DNA of 57,481 bases, taken from positions 1 to 57,481 of the forward strand of contig SKHG01000001.1 in the NCBI GenBank assembly GCA_007117035.1, in the 5' to 3' direction. Origin of the DNA: Candidatus Campbellbacteria bacterium (GTDB lineage Bacteria > Patescibacteriota > Minisyncoccia > Phycocordibacterales > CSBR16-193). Shown piece by piece: positions 8,703 through 18,915 of this stretch (positions within the stretch are counted from its first letter, which is position 1; each line of letters opens with the position of its first letter). Both the position numbers and the translations under genes were made by a program. The notes beneath the pieces were generated by a model, which was not told the origin of the DNA, did no database searches, and worked only from the letters and a program-made list of their open reading frames with translations.

Positions 8703-9701
8703 TTAAATTTTGTGATTAAGGTGTTCATATGCTTTTGCAGTTGCAACTCGACCTCGAGGTGTTCGCTCCAAAAAACCAATCTGTAATAAATATGGCTCAT
8801 TAAACTCTTCAATAGTTGAGTACTCTTCCGAAAGAGATGCGGCTAAGGTGCCAACTCCCACCGGACCACCAGAAAATTTATCAATCAAAGTGTTTAAAAT
8901 AACACGATCAGACCTAAGTAGTCCTAACTCATCGATTTCCAAGAGTGAAAAAGTTTCAATTACACCTTTTAAATTCAAAGAAGTGTGCTTGTTAACTTGT
9001 GCAAAGTCTCGACAACGCTTTAAAAGATAATTAGCTGAACGTGGAGTTCCACGACTTCTTTTGGCAATCTCTTTTGACGCATCTTCATCGATATCAACAC
9101 CCAAAATCTCTGATGATCTGTTAATGATTCTTTGTATCTCCTCTTCGTTATAAAACTCCAGACGAAAAACCCCTCCAGAAAAACGACTTCTAAGAGGTGA
9201 AGAAACCATAGCAACTTTAGTAGTTGCGGCTATTAGAGTAAATGGTGGTAGTTCAAGTTGGATTGTTCGTGCTGAAGGTCCTTTACCAAGAACAATGTCT
9301 AACACACCAGACTCCATGGCTGGATACATCACCTCTTCAACACTTTTATTTAAACGATGAACCTCATCTATAAAAAGAGTATCTCCAGCAGAGAGGTTGG
9401 TTAAAATAGAAGCCAGATCTCCAACCTTCTCGATTGCTGGACCAGAAGTTATTTTAAGAGGACAGTTACTCTCCTTTGAAACAAGATGTGCGAGGGTAGT
9501 TTTTCCTAAACCTGGTGGGCCGTAGAAAAGGATATGCTCTGGTGGATGGTTTCGCTCTTTAGCAGCTTGTAATAAGATAGAAAGATTTTTTTTTATACTT
9601 TCTTGCCCAACATAATCACTCCAATGATCAGGTCGAAGTGTCGAATCTAGAAAACCACTGTTGTCTTGATTTATTTTTGAAATAGAATTATCACTTGACA
9701 T
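8703..9701 (-). CDS. ruvB: Holliday junction branch-migration helicase RuvB
   Basis: LRP, GPPGLGKTTLA, FIDEVHR, SRGTPR and RTPRGR motifs. Confidence 0.97.
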   Translation of the reverse strand: MSSDNSISKINQDNSGFLDSTLRPDHWSDYVGQESIKKNLSILLQAAKERNHPPEHILFYGPPGLGKTTLAHLVSKESNCPLKITSGPAIEKVGDLASILTNLSAGDTLFIDEVHRLNKSVEEVMYPAMESGVLDIVLGKGPSARTIQLELPPFTLIAATTKVAMVSSPLRSRFSGGVFRLEFYNEEEIQRIINRSSEILGVDIDEDASKEIAKRSRGTPRSANYLLKRCRDFAQVNKHTSLNLKGVIETFSLLEIDELGLLRSDRVILNTLIDKFSGGPVGVGTLAASLSEEYSTIEEFNEPYLLQIGFLERTPRGRVATAKAYEHLNHKI

Positions 9702-9723
9702 AGTTTTTTTTTCGTGTTAACCT
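9695..9723 (+). promoter_or_regulatory. sigma70 promoter for the intergenic structured RNA, overlapping the ruvB start codon
   Basis: TTGACA (9695-9700), 17 nt, TGt-TAACCT (9718-9723). Confidence 0.6.
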
Positions 9724-9759
9724 TTTGGAAGTTCAAGAAATTTGAAACATTTTCCAAAC

Positions 9760-9957
9760 ACTCCATATTAAACACATCTAAGCAACGGCCTAGCCCTCTG
9801 ATACTGTGCGTGACCAATATTAAAACGTGCGTAGTATCAGAGGGCCGGGTTTAGTGTTTACCTTCGAGGATGTCTTGGTTTCGACTGAGTCACACCTTAG
9901 AAGTAAACTCTTTGTTAATACCAATTTTTCGTTGCTTAGAGATGTTTGATATTGAGT
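9760..9957 (+). ncRNA. Unidentified highly structured ~200-nt RNA (three-way junction)
   Basis: Closing helix 9760-9787/9930-9957; hairpin 9793-9845; UUCG-capped hairpin 9856-9908; many G-U pairs work only on the + strand; upstream promoter; no ORF in the track. Confidence 0.7.
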
Positions 9958-10160
9958 AATAAAAAAATTTAACAATTACTCTAATTAAAAATCTCTTTTT
10001 GAATTATCTACCAAACAGATATTTTTGGCAACCTTTTTTTTAGATTGGTTGTTTTGTTCTATGTTAGGTTATAGTACTATTTAATTATAAGTTATCTAAA
10101 AAACAACCCTTTTCAACAACTTATCTATATATTAATATACTAATCATCTTTTATAAAAAA

Positions 10161-12656
10161 ATGAAAAAAATTAAGAAAAAAATATTTAAAATAGTTCTTT
10201 ATCTTCTAGGAATAGCAATTATTATTGGTATTTTTATGCTAGGTATTTTTGCGTTATGGATTTCTAATATGCAGATTCCAAATTTAGACGCCTTTGAAGA
10301 AAGAAGAGTGGATCAATCGAGTAAAATATTTGACAGAACTGGAGAAATTTTACTTTTTGATGTTTTTGAAAACACAAAAAGAACTGTTGTACCTTTCGAA
10401 GAAATATCTGAAAATATTAAAAACGCCACTATAGCGATTGAGGACAGTAATTTTTACAACCATCGTGGAATAGACTTCAGAGGAATAGTTAGAGCTGTCG
10501 GTGTTAACATTTCAGAACAAGATCTAAAACAAGGTGGTTCTACCATCACCCAGCAAGTTGTTAAAAACTCTGTTTTAACCTCTGATAAAAAAATATCACG
10601 AAAGGTGAAGGAGTGGATTTTCTCAATTAGACTTGAGAGAGTTTTAGAAAAAGACGATATATTAAACATCTATTTAAACGAAAGCCCTTATGGTGGAAGT
10701 ATTTATGGTGTCGAACAAGCTTCTATTTCTTTTTTTGGTAAAACAGCTTCTGATGTTTCAATTGCAGAAGCAGCATATTTAGCAGCTTTACCTAAAGCAC
10801 CAACGACTCTTTCACCGTACGGACAAAACAAAGAAATGTTAGATAGTAGGAAAAATTTAGTTCTTCGTGAGATGTTGAGACATAATTTTGTTTCTGAAAA
10901 TGAATATCAAGAAGCACTACAAGAGAGAGTTAAGTTTCTTCCTAGAGATGAAGGAGGTATAAAAGCACCTCATTTTGTTATGTATGTTAAAGAATACCTA
11001 GAAGAAGAGTTTGGTAGAGATGTTTTAGAACAACAAGGTTTAAAAATAATAACTACTTTAGATTACCCACTCCAGATAGAAGCAGAAGAGGTTGCATTAA
11101 AATATGCGCTTTCCAACAAAGATAGATTTGACTCTGAAAATGTTGCAATCTCGGTAATAGATCCTAAGACAGGTGAAATTTTGGTCATGGTTGGTTCTCG
11201 GGATTATTTCGATTCAGAGATAGATGGCAACTATAATGTAACCACAGCAAAAAGACAGCCTGGTTCAGCTTTCAAACCTTTTGCTTATGCTGAAGCTTTC
11301 AACAAAGGATACACCCCAAACACAGTCTTGTTTGATTTAAGAACCCAATTCTCTGCTAGGTGTTCACCTCTAAACTTATCAAGTCTAGATGGTTGCTACT
11401 CACCACAAAATTACGATATGAATTTTAGAGGTCCAATGACAATGCGAGATGCTTTAGCTCAATCTGTTAACGTCCCAGCTGTTAAAACCCTATACTTGGC
11501 TGGAATAAGGGACACAGCTAGACTTGCCGAAAGAATGGGAGTTTCAGGACTAAGTAATGATTTAGAAAGATTTGGTTTAACTTTAGTTCTTGGTGGTGGA
11601 GAAGTTTCATTACTTGAAATAACTGCTGGTTATGGTGTTTTTGCAAACGAAGGTATAAAAGTTGAAATTTCACCTATTTTAGAAGTTATAGACAAAAACG
11701 GAAACATTTTAATTAAAAAAGAAAAAAATGAAGAAAAAGTTCTTTCAAAAGATGTTGCTTTAATGGTCTCTGATATTCTATCCGACAATGTCGCTCGTAC
11801 CCCACTATTTGGTAGTAACTCTCTACTACATTTCCCAAATAGAGATGTCGCTGTTAAAACAGGAACAACTAATGATTACAGAGATGCGTGGATAATTGGC
11901 TATACTCCTTCAATTGTTGTTGGTGCTTGGGCTGGAAACAACGACAACAGATCAATGAACCAAGAAATTGCTGGAATGGTTGTGGCTCCGTTGTGGAATG
12001 AGTATATGAAAACTGTTTTAAGTGAAACCCAGAACACTTTTTTCCCTGCCCCACCTCAAGAAAACTCATTTAATCTTAAGCCAGTCTTAAGAGGTGTTTG
12101 GTTGGGTGGAGAGTCTTATTTAATAGATACAATTTCAGGTAAGTTAGCAACAAGATACACACCAGAAGAAACTATTAAAGAAATTGTAACTGGTGGTGTT
12201 CACTCTATTCTGCACTGGGTGGATAGAAAAGACCCCAGAGGACCTGTTCCGACCAACCCACACAAAGATGACCAGTACGAGCTTTGGGAGTCACCTGTGC
12301 GATTGTGGGTTGAAAGACAAGGTATAACTCCTATAACAAATGTAGATATTCCAGACGAAGAAGATGATGTTCATTTGCCAGTTTTTTTTCCTGAGGTTTT
12401 AATAACTAAACCATCCAACAACGAAACTGTTTCTTATCCAATAAACATAGAGATAGACTACGCAGGACACAACCCTCTATCTAGAATAGATGTTTTGGTT
12501 AACGAAACTGTTATTAGAACTTTTGAAAATAGTTCTATGAGAAACATAGCTATTCCTTTAGACAACTATATTGGTGAGGAAATAACCCTAACTGTTGTTG
12601 TTTATGACACTGTTTTAAACAAAAACAAAGATTCTATTACTGTGTTTGTTGAATAA
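10161..12656 (+). CDS. Class A penicillin-binding protein (PBP1A family) with C-terminal Ig-like domain
   Basis: EDSNFYNHRG, QGGSTITQQ, RKVKE, SAFK (SxxK), SVN and KTGT motifs; N-terminal TM anchor. Confidence 0.95.
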   Translation: MKKIKKKIFKIVLYLLGIAIIIGIFMLGIFALWISNMQIPNLDAFEERRVDQSSKIFDRTGEILLFDVFENTKRTVVPFEEISENIKNATIAIEDSNFYNHRGIDFRGIVRAVGVNISEQDLKQGGSTITQQVVKNSVLTSDKKISRKVKEWIFSIRLERVLEKDDILNIYLNESPYGGSIYGVEQASISFFGKTASDVSIAEAAYLAALPKAPTTLSPYGQNKEMLDSRKNLVLREMLRHNFVSENEYQEALQERVKFLPRDEGGIKAPHFVMYVKEYLEEEFGRDVLEQQGLKIITTLDYPLQIEAEEVALKYALSNKDRFDSENVAISVIDPKTGEILVMVGSRDYFDSEIDGNYNVTTAKRQPGSAFKPFAYAEAFNKGYTPNTVLFDLRTQFSARCSPLNLSSLDGCYSPQNYDMNFRGPMTMRDALAQSVNVPAVKTLYLAGIRDTARLAERMGVSGLSNDLERFGLTLVLGGGEVSLLEITAGYGVFANEGIKVEISPILEVIDKNGNILIKKEKNEEKVLSKDVALMVSDILSDNVARTPLFGSNSLLHFPNRDVAVKTGTTNDYRDAWIIGYTPSIVVGAWAGNNDNRSMNQEIAGMVVAPLWNEYMKTVLSETQNTFFPAPPQENSFNLKPVLRGVWLGGESYLIDTISGKLATRYTPEETIKEIVTGGVHSILHWVDRKDPRGPVPTNPHKDDQYELWESPVRLWVERQGITPITNVDIPDEEDDVHLPVFFPEVLITKPSNNETVSYPINIEIDYAGHNPLSRIDVLVNETVIRTFENSSMRNIAIPLDNYIGEEITLTVVVYDTVLNKNKDSITVFVE

Positions 12657-12677
12657 AAAATTGTTTAAAAAAACAAT

Positions 12678-12929
12678 TTAATAAATTGTGACAGATCTTC
12701 CTGTTTTTTCTTTTATTCTTGAAACTATAGATTTTTGATGGAAAAGTAACTCGTTTTTAATAAACGGATTTGTTTGAATAACCACAACATCTTCTTTAAC
12801 TTTAATCGATGAACTTGGTACAGAAACACCAACCTCCTCTTCAATTACTTGTATGGTAGTTTTTTTAATAAAATAATGAGAAGAGAGTATTGTTTTATAT
12901 TTTTCAACAAAAGAGGAGAAAGGATTCAT
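12678..12929 (-). CDS. Small conserved protein, possibly DciA/DUF721-like
   Basis: 83 aa directly after dnaN; NPFIKNELLFHQKSI helix resembles the DciA KH-like fold (inference). Confidence 0.5.
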   Translation of the reverse strand: MNPFSSFVEKYKTILSSHYFIKKTTIQVIEEEVGVSVPSSSIKVKEDVVVIQTNPFIKNELLFHQKSIVSRIKEKTGRSVTIY

Positions 12930-12933
12930 ATTT

Positions 12934-14037
12934 CTATTTATTCATTGGCATAACTAAATAAAGAAAAGAATTATCTCCAATACCTTTAATGACTAAAGGA
13001 TGTCCTGGTCCTGAAAAACTAAGAGAGACGCTGTCTGTATTAATACTTTGAAAAACATCAATGAGATATTTATGGTTAAAGGACATAGAAATTGATTCCC
13101 CTTCTAAAGTACCTTTTAAAATAACAGAACTTTCACCAACATGAACATTTTTTGTCTCTATTAATATTTTTTTATCTTCAGTGGAAATAATAACTTTTAC
13201 TTGTTTGAATTCATCTGTAAATAAATTACCTATCTTTAAAGCGTTAGAAAGTTCATCTTTTAAAACAATAACTTCTGTTGTTGTTTTTTTAGGAATTATT
13301 TGAGTGTAATCAGGAAAAGTTCCATCAATTAGACGGGATGTTAAGTAACCACTACTAGTAGATAAAGAAAGTTGGTTTTTATCAACTGATATTAAAACAG
13401 TTTTATCTAAACAATTCTCAACAACTCTTATAATCTCTGGAATATTTTTAAACGGTATTAGAACAGACTCAATTTCATCACCGGAAACTTTTTTTACACT
13501 CTTTTCAGCTAACCTAAAACTATCTGTAGCAACAAAGAAAACAGAATCAGCTTTTGTGTACATAAAAACACTTGATAGTTCTGGTTTTATACTAGACGAA
13601 GAAGAGCTAGACCAAACAGATCTTAAACCATCTATTAGTGATTTTGGTGATAAGGAAAAAGAAGATTCTTGATTAACGACAGGAATAGATGGAAAATCAT
13701 CTATTGAGTGAGTTTTAATAGTAATTGATGTTGAAGGAGTATTTATTTTCAAAACATTACCTTCATGTTCTATTATTAATTTTTCTTCTTTAGGTAAATT
13801 ACTTACAAAAGATGTTATAACATCTGCAGGAACAGCAACCTCTCCATTTTTTATAACCTTCACAGGAACCTCAAACTCAACACCTAATTCAAGATTAGTT
13901 GCAACAACTTTAAAATTATCTTTCTCGGTTTTAAAAAGAAAACATTCTAAAACAGGAAGACTTAAATTTTTTCCTGTTGCTTTATGTGTTTTGGTTAAAA
14001 CTTCATCTAGTCTTTCTTTAGTGGTTTCAATTTTCAT
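12934..14037 (-). CDS. dnaN: DNA polymerase III beta clamp
   Basis: ATNLELG, VATDSFRLA, SRLIDGTFPDY and YLVMPM motifs. Confidence 0.97.
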   Translation of the reverse strand: MKIETTKERLDEVLTKTHKATGKNLSLPVLECFLFKTEKDNFKVVATNLELGVEFEVPVKVIKNGEVAVPADVITSFVSNLPKEEKLIIEHEGNVLKINTPSTSITIKTHSIDDFPSIPVVNQESSFSLSPKSLIDGLRSVWSSSSSSSIKPELSSVFMYTKADSVFFVATDSFRLAEKSVKKVSGDEIESVLIPFKNIPEIIRVVENCLDKTVLISVDKNQLSLSTSSGYLTSRLIDGTFPDYTQIIPKKTTTEVIVLKDELSNALKIGNLFTDEFKQVKVIISTEDKKILIETKNVHVGESSVILKGTLEGESISMSFNHKYLIDVFQSINTDSVSLSFSGPGHPLVIKGIGDNSFLYLVMPMNK

Positions 14038-14297
14038 ATTAATAATATTAATTTATTTTTTAAAAACTTATTTTTAGTATTATATGTGTGGATATGTGGA
14101 AAACTTTATTAACTTCTTATTTCTAAACAAGTTAATGTTGTTAATACTTGTGTATAAGTGTTTGTTAGTTGATGAAAAAAAAGTTGATAAGTTGATAATG
14201 AACAAAAACATAGTTTTACAAACACATGTTTTCAACTGTTTGTATCCAAGTAACTGACAAGTTTTACACATAGTTATTAACATATTATTTATATTTT
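14038..14297. promoter_or_regulatory. dnaA-dnaN intergenic region, candidate oriC part
   Basis: DnaA-box-like TGTGGATAT (14087), TGTGGAAAA (14095), TGTGTATAA (14149) and tandem GTTGATAA, beside an AT-rich tract at 14038-14085. Confidence 0.7.
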
Positions 14298-15653
14298 TTA
14301 TCCTATTAGAGCTCTAATTTGATTTAACTCTCTATATAAGTTATCGTTATTTTTAAGATCCTCTCTAACTCTTTCACAAGAATGAATAACAGTTGTATGG
14401 TCTCGACCACCTAATTTCTCCCCTATTGATGGGTATGAAATTTTATAATGCTCCCTTAAAATAAACATTGTTAGTTGTCTAGGTTTAACAACCTCTTTCT
14501 TCCTCATTTTTTCATAAATCTGTTTCTCATCTATGTTGTAAAATTTAGCAACAATTTTAACTATCTCTTCCGGAGGAGTTATTTTTTTAGGTTTTGTTGT
14601 GTTTTTGATTAATTCTTTAATATCAGAAACATTTAGGTCTTTCCCTTTAAGTTGTGTTTGGAAAACAATAGAGTTTAAAACACCTTCTAGATCCCTAACA
14701 TTTCCTTCTATTGAATAGGCTAAAAAATCTAAAACTTCTTCAGAAAGTTTAATGTTACACATCTCTGATTTTTTTCTTAAAATTGCGGATCTAGACTCTT
14801 TGTCAGGAGTTGGTATATCAATTATCATTCCTGCATTAAACCTTGATTTTAAACGGTCCTCTAAGTTTGGAATATAGTTAGGGTGTTTATCTGAAGAAAA
14901 GATTATTTGTTTGTTTTTATCATATAAGGTATTGAAAAGATGAAATAACTCCTCTTGGGTCTTTTCTTTGTTGGATAAAAACTGAATATCGTCCATTATT
15001 AAAACATCATATTTTCTATATTTCTCCTTAAAGAGATTCATTTTATTTGTTTGGATAGAATTTACATAATTAACTGCAAAAGTTTCTGATGTGATGTAGA
15101 AAACTTTTTTTTCAGGAGAGTGTTCTTTTATACTGTTTCCGATTGCTTGAATTAAATGAGTTTTTCCGTGTCCAGTACTACCATAAATAAATAGTGGGTT
15201 GTAAACAACTCCAGGTTGTTTAATTGTTGCTTGGGCTGCAGCAAAAGCAAGTTCATTAAATGGTCCGACAATAAAAGAGTTAAAATTATATCTTGGGTTT
15301 AGATTACTGTCTTTGTTTATATATATATTAGCTAAAGGAAGCTCTTGTGAGCTTTGAGGTGTTTTTTTTGTTTCATTTTTTTGTTCTTTTTCTTCTGGTT
15401 TGGTTATAATAAACTTTAAAGAGTGTATTTTGTTTCCAGAAGTTGTTCTTAATGATTTTAGAATTACAGAGTGATATTTTTTAGACAACCAATCTCTCAC
15501 AAAAGCATTTGGGACACTCAAATAAACTACACCAGTTTGGTACTTTGATATAAAAGTATTTTTAAACCAAGTATTAAAATTAGCGTTTGAGATTGAGAGT
15601 TCTATTTCTACTAAAACCTTATCCCATAATTTTGAGTTATCTATATTATCCAT
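14298..15653 (-). CDS. dnaA: Chromosomal replication initiator DnaA (ATG 15653)
   Basis: YNPLFIYGSTGHGKTHL, DDIQF, RLKSRF, NVRDLEG and GGRDHTTVIH motifs. Confidence 0.98.
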   Translation of the reverse strand: MDNIDNSKLWDKVLVEIELSISNANFNTWFKNTFISKYQTGVVYLSVPNAFVRDWLSKKYHSVILKSLRTTSGNKIHSLKFIITKPEEKEQKNETKKTPQSSQELPLANIYINKDSNLNPRYNFNSFIVGPFNELAFAAAQATIKQPGVVYNPLFIYGSTGHGKTHLIQAIGNSIKEHSPEKKVFYITSETFAVNYVNSIQTNKMNLFKEKYRKYDVLIMDDIQFLSNKEKTQEELFHLFNTLYDKNKQIIFSSDKHPNYIPNLEDRLKSRFNAGMIIDIPTPDKESRSAILRKKSEMCNIKLSEEVLDFLAYSIEGNVRDLEGVLNSIVFQTQLKGKDLNVSDIKELIKNTTKPKKITPPEEIVKIVAKFYNIDEKQIYEKMRKKEVVKPRQLTMFILREHYKISYPSIGEKLGGRDHTTVIHSCERVREDLKNNDNLYRELNQIRALIG

Positions 15654-15717
15654 AATTTTCAACCACCAACTTTTACTTATTAAGATTTAAGCGATCAATA
15701 CACCGTATCATAATATG

Positions 15718-15778
15718 TGTGAACAAAGTACACAAGAGTTTGGTTTATGTATATAACCTGTGTATAGTTTGTGGATAG
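15718..15778. promoter_or_regulatory. DnaA-box cluster upstream of dnaA
   Basis: TGTGAACAA (15718), TGTGTATAG (15759) and TGTGGATAG (15770). Confidence 0.65.
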
Positions 15779-15867
15779 TTTTTTTTAAAATATAGGTTTT
15801 ATAAAATCACATAAAACATAGGTGTTGGATTTGATTAAAGTATTTTTTTCTGGTATCTTTCTTGTAT

Positions 15868-16002
15868 ATGTCACAAACATACAAACCAAAAAGGAAAAAA
15901 AGAAAAACTACTCACGGCTTTTTAGTAAGAAGTAAAACAGCTGATGGAAGAAAAATTTTACGAAACCGAAGAAGAAAGGGTAGAAAAAAGCTAGCAGTTT
16001 AA
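15868..16002 (+). CDS. rpmH: 50S ribosomal protein L34 (not in the ORF track)
   Basis: Translates to [44 protein letters not shown]; divergent from dnaA and upstream of rnpA. Confidence 0.95.
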   Translation: MSQTYKPKRKKRKTTHGFLVRSKTADGRKILRNRRRKGRKKLAV

Positions 16003-16004
16003 AC

Positions 16005-16331
16005 ATGTTTTCAAGTAACAACAGGTTATCCACACCTGAAGTAAATAGAGTTTTTCTCAAAGGAAAGAGGGTTAACTCCCCTCTTTTTCAGATTGTCTAT
16101 CTGAAGGTTGATGAGGATTATAAGGTTTCTGTTAATGTCTCAAAAAAAATATCTAAGAGTGCTGTGGGTAGAAATCTTCTAAAAAGACGGTTGTGTAGTA
16201 TAATGAAAAAACATCTTCCTGTTTTAGATGGTTTGTGGATGGTTTTATTACCTAAAAAGAATATCTCTAAAAATGAATTAGAAGGTTTCGAATCAAATTT
16301 TCTAAAAGAAGTTAAAAAAATAAAAATATAA
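16005..16331 (+). CDS. rnpA: Ribonuclease P protein component
   Basis: VSKKISKSAVGRNLLKRR motif; rpmH-rnpA-yidC synteny. Confidence 0.93.
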   Translation: MFSSNNRLSTPEVNRVFLKGKRVNSPLFQIVYLKVDEDYKVSVNVSKKISKSAVGRNLLKRRLCSIMKKHLPVLDGLWMVLLPKKNISKNELEGFESNFLKEVKKIKI

Positions 16332-16335
16332 ATAT

Positions 16336-17055
16336 ATGCTTGAGTTTTTCAAAACAATAATCTATCAACCCTTATATAATCTTTTAATAACAATAATAGA
16401 CGTTATCCCAGGCGGAGATGTTGGTTTAGCAGTAATTACTATAACTCTTCTGGTTCGTTTTGTTCTTTTTCCTCTATCAAAAAAATCGATTGTTACTCAA
16501 CAAAAAATAAAAAAGTATCAAGAAGAGTTAAATAAAATAAAAGAAAAATACAAAAAAGATCGCCAAAAACAAGCAGAAATGATGTTAGCTTTCTATAAAG
16601 AAAAAGGCATAAATCCTTTTTCTAGTATTTTTTTAATGTTAATCCAGATACCGATTATTATTTCTCTATACTTAATATTTCTGCACACTGCATTGCCAGC
16701 AGTAGAAGTAGAACTTTTATATACATTTATTCCAGAACCTGATGTTTTGAGTATGAATTTTATGGGATTTATTGATATTTCAGGTCGAAGTTGGGGCCTA
16801 GCTCTTTTGGCTGGTTTTGTTAGTTTTTTCCAAATGCAATTATCCCTGCCTGAAATTAAAAAGGTTGATAAACCAAGTTTTAAAGACGATTTAGCGCGAA
16901 GTATGAATGTTCAGATGCGCTACATATTCCCTATCATAATATTCATTATAGCTTATATGTTCTCAGCGGTAGTTGCTCTGTACCTCTTTACCAGCAACCT
17001 TTTTGCAGTAGGTCAGGAGCTCTTAGTTAAGCGTCGTATTAAAATAGAAGATTAG
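16336..17055 (+). CDS. yidC: Membrane protein insertase YidC (short form)
   Basis: GLAVITITLLVRFVLFPL, YKEKGINP, LIQIPI and ALYLFTSN motifs. Confidence 0.93.
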   Translation: MLEFFKTIIYQPLYNLLITIIDVIPGGDVGLAVITITLLVRFVLFPLSKKSIVTQQKIKKYQEELNKIKEKYKKDRQKQAEMMLAFYKEKGINPFSSIFLMLIQIPIIISLYLIFLHTALPAVEVELLYTFIPEPDVLSMNFMGFIDISGRSWGLALLAGFVSFFQMQLSLPEIKKVDKPSFKDDLARSMNVQMRYIFPIIIFIIAYMFSAVVALYLFTSNLFAVGQELLVKRRIKIED

Positions 17056-17094
17056 AGTTGTGCAAACTCGGTATAAAGTAGTATTATATTGAGT

Positions 17095-17589
17095 ATGGAA
17101 GAGAAATCTGACAGACTAGTTTCAGTAACTAAAGATTTGTTAAGTAATCTTGGCCTGGAAGCAGAAGATATAAGACTCGAAAAAAGACCTGAACTTGGTT
17201 TCGAAAGTTGGGTCTCAATAAAAAGTAGAGACTCTAAAACTCTTATTGGACAACGTGGTGAAACACTAAGAGCTCTAAACTACATTATTAGACAGATAGT
17301 AAACCAACCAGAGTTGTTTTTTGTTGTTGATGTAAATGGTTACCATAGAATTAACATAGAGAAACTAAAACAAAAATCAGAGATTATTGCCAACAGGGTT
17401 AAATCATTCCAAAGTAAAATGGAACTTGAACCGATGTCTTCTTTTGAAAGGCGTTGCGTGCACTCCTTTCTGTCTAATGATCCAGAGTTAGCAACAGAGT
17501 CAATAGGACGAGGTAGCCAAAGAAGAATTGTGGTTAGTTATAAAAACATTGATCATACAGATCAATCACAGGACGCTTTTGATATATAA
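17095..17589 (+). CDS. jag: Jag/KhpB-like KH + R3H RNA-binding protein
   Basis: LIGQRGETLRAL, VDVNGY, PMSSFERRCVH and TESIG motifs; follows yidC. Confidence 0.9.
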   Translation: MEEKSDRLVSVTKDLLSNLGLEAEDIRLEKRPELGFESWVSIKSRDSKTLIGQRGETLRALNYIIRQIVNQPELFFVVDVNGYHRINIEKLKQKSEIIANRVKSFQSKMELEPMSSFERRCVHSFLSNDPELATESIGRGSQRRIVVSYKNIDHTDQSQDAFDI

Positions 17590-17619
17590 AAAACCTGAAA
17601 TATCTCAGGTTTTTATATA
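17584..17619. terminator. Bidirectional terminator between jag and the T4SS-like operon
   Basis: AAAACCTGA-AATATC-TCAGGTTTT inverted repeat between convergent genes. Confidence 0.7.
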
Positions 17620-17647
17620 CTCTAAACTCTTGATTATTTAATACAAT

Positions 17648-18904
17648 TTAAAGTTCTCTTACCCAAAGCATTGAGTCTCTTTTGTTTATAAAGAATAGAT
17701 TATCATCCTCTTCGTCTAGAAATAGATTAATGGCATCTATTCCCTGTAGCTCATTCTCAACTAGTGTTGCTCGGCCTGTTTCGGCATTTATACGCCATAT
17801 CTCATCTGAGAAAAACAACTGACCTTGATACCAATAATCAGGATAGCGTGCAGTCAGCGATATTTCCTTTGGAACCGCACAGTATATAATAGTGTTTTGA
17901 GTGCTACTCCAGACACATTTTTCTGGTAAGGTATTTTTATCAGAAGGTCTAATTTGACCAGTTGTGTGGTTATAAAAATAACTTTCTATTCGACCAGATC
18001 CAGATTCTGCATAAAAGATAAATTGACTGTCTGGAGAAGTTTTGGTTGTTAAACCAGGAATATTTCTTAGGTTTGGCTCCATTACCCTACTTGTTTGATT
18101 AAAGAAGAAGTTGTGACCACCCACTTCCCCTGCTGGTGCAGTAGTGATTGATAAAATGTTTTCTGTTGCCCACTCTAGATTCCATTCCTTAATCGGAGAA
18201 GACAGAACGTTTGCTTGGTTCCGACCATCAGGGTTAGATGTGAAGAACCTTCCTTCATCATGAATTAGAGAAGCAATTTTTGATTTGTTGGGTGAGACTG
18301 CAAGACGACTAATGTTCTTTGGTAGGAAAATTGATTCTGATGGTATTGTTTCTAAACCAGATCTTATGTCGTCTATGCTTATAGTTCTCATATACAGACT
18401 TTCAATATTTTCGTCATCTTCTTCGTACTGAACAATTACACCTTGATTTGTCCAGTACCCTCTAAAAACATTACTAGAGATGAATGAATCAGAAAGTTGA
18501 TCAACAGTGTCTAAACCTAGCTCAACCTCGAACAGATAACCAGTTTCTTTTTCAACATACCTTACATACCAAAACTTATCTACATTCTCAACCTCTTCTT
18601 TTTCCAAGTCCTCTAATCTTGGAGATTTAAAAGCAGATACACCTAACGCTATTGGTGTATGAGAGATAATCCTTAAAATCTCAGGTTTTTCGTATGGAGC
18701 AACAAAGTCATCATCAATAATTAACTCATCAAGGTCTGGATCATCTTTATCAGTAACCTGGTCACCTCGGTCACCGAATGGAATAAATCTAGAAATTCCT
18801 TCCCTTTTCTCCGGGGAGTCTTCAAAGAAGAACACTAGGTAAAGCAAAAAAACTAGACCTAAGAGAAGTAATGTGGTTGTTAAAATAATAAGTGTTTTTT
18901 TCAT
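17648..18904 (-). CDS. Membrane-anchored protein with probable beta-propeller (TolB-like) domain
   Basis: N-terminal TM; repeats such as AVSPNKSKIA and TSPDSQFIFY; TLPEKCVW and YCAVP motifs; last gene of the T4SS-like operon. Confidence 0.6.
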   Translation of the reverse strand: MKKTLIILTTTLLLLGLVFLLYLVFFFEDSPEKREGISRFIPFGDRGDQVTDKDDPDLDELIIDDDFVAPYEKPEILRIISHTPIALGVSAFKSPRLEDLEKEEVENVDKFWYVRYVEKETGYLFEVELGLDTVDQLSDSFISSNVFRGYWTNQGVIVQYEEDDENIESLYMRTISIDDIRSGLETIPSESIFLPKNISRLAVSPNKSKIASLIHDEGRFFTSNPDGRNQANVLSSPIKEWNLEWATENILSITTAPAGEVGGHNFFFNQTSRVMEPNLRNIPGLTTKTSPDSQFIFYAESGSGRIESYFYNHTTGQIRPSDKNTLPEKCVWSSTQNTIIYCAVPKEISLTARYPDYWYQGQLFFSDEIWRINAETGRATLVENELQGIDAINLFLDEEDDNLFFINKRDSMLWVREL

Positions 18905-18915
18905 TTTTTTACAAA

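Noticed and set aside
9866-9885. GAGGATGTCTTGGTTTCGAC resembles the 5' end of tmRNA
   Set aside because: No T-arm/CCA acceptor half upstream or downstream, no tag ORF, and the segment is fully paired in a local UUCG hairpin.
14080-14283. 67-aa ORF between dnaA and dnaN
   Set aside because: Overlaps the DnaA-box region and has no protein-like features; treated as spurious.
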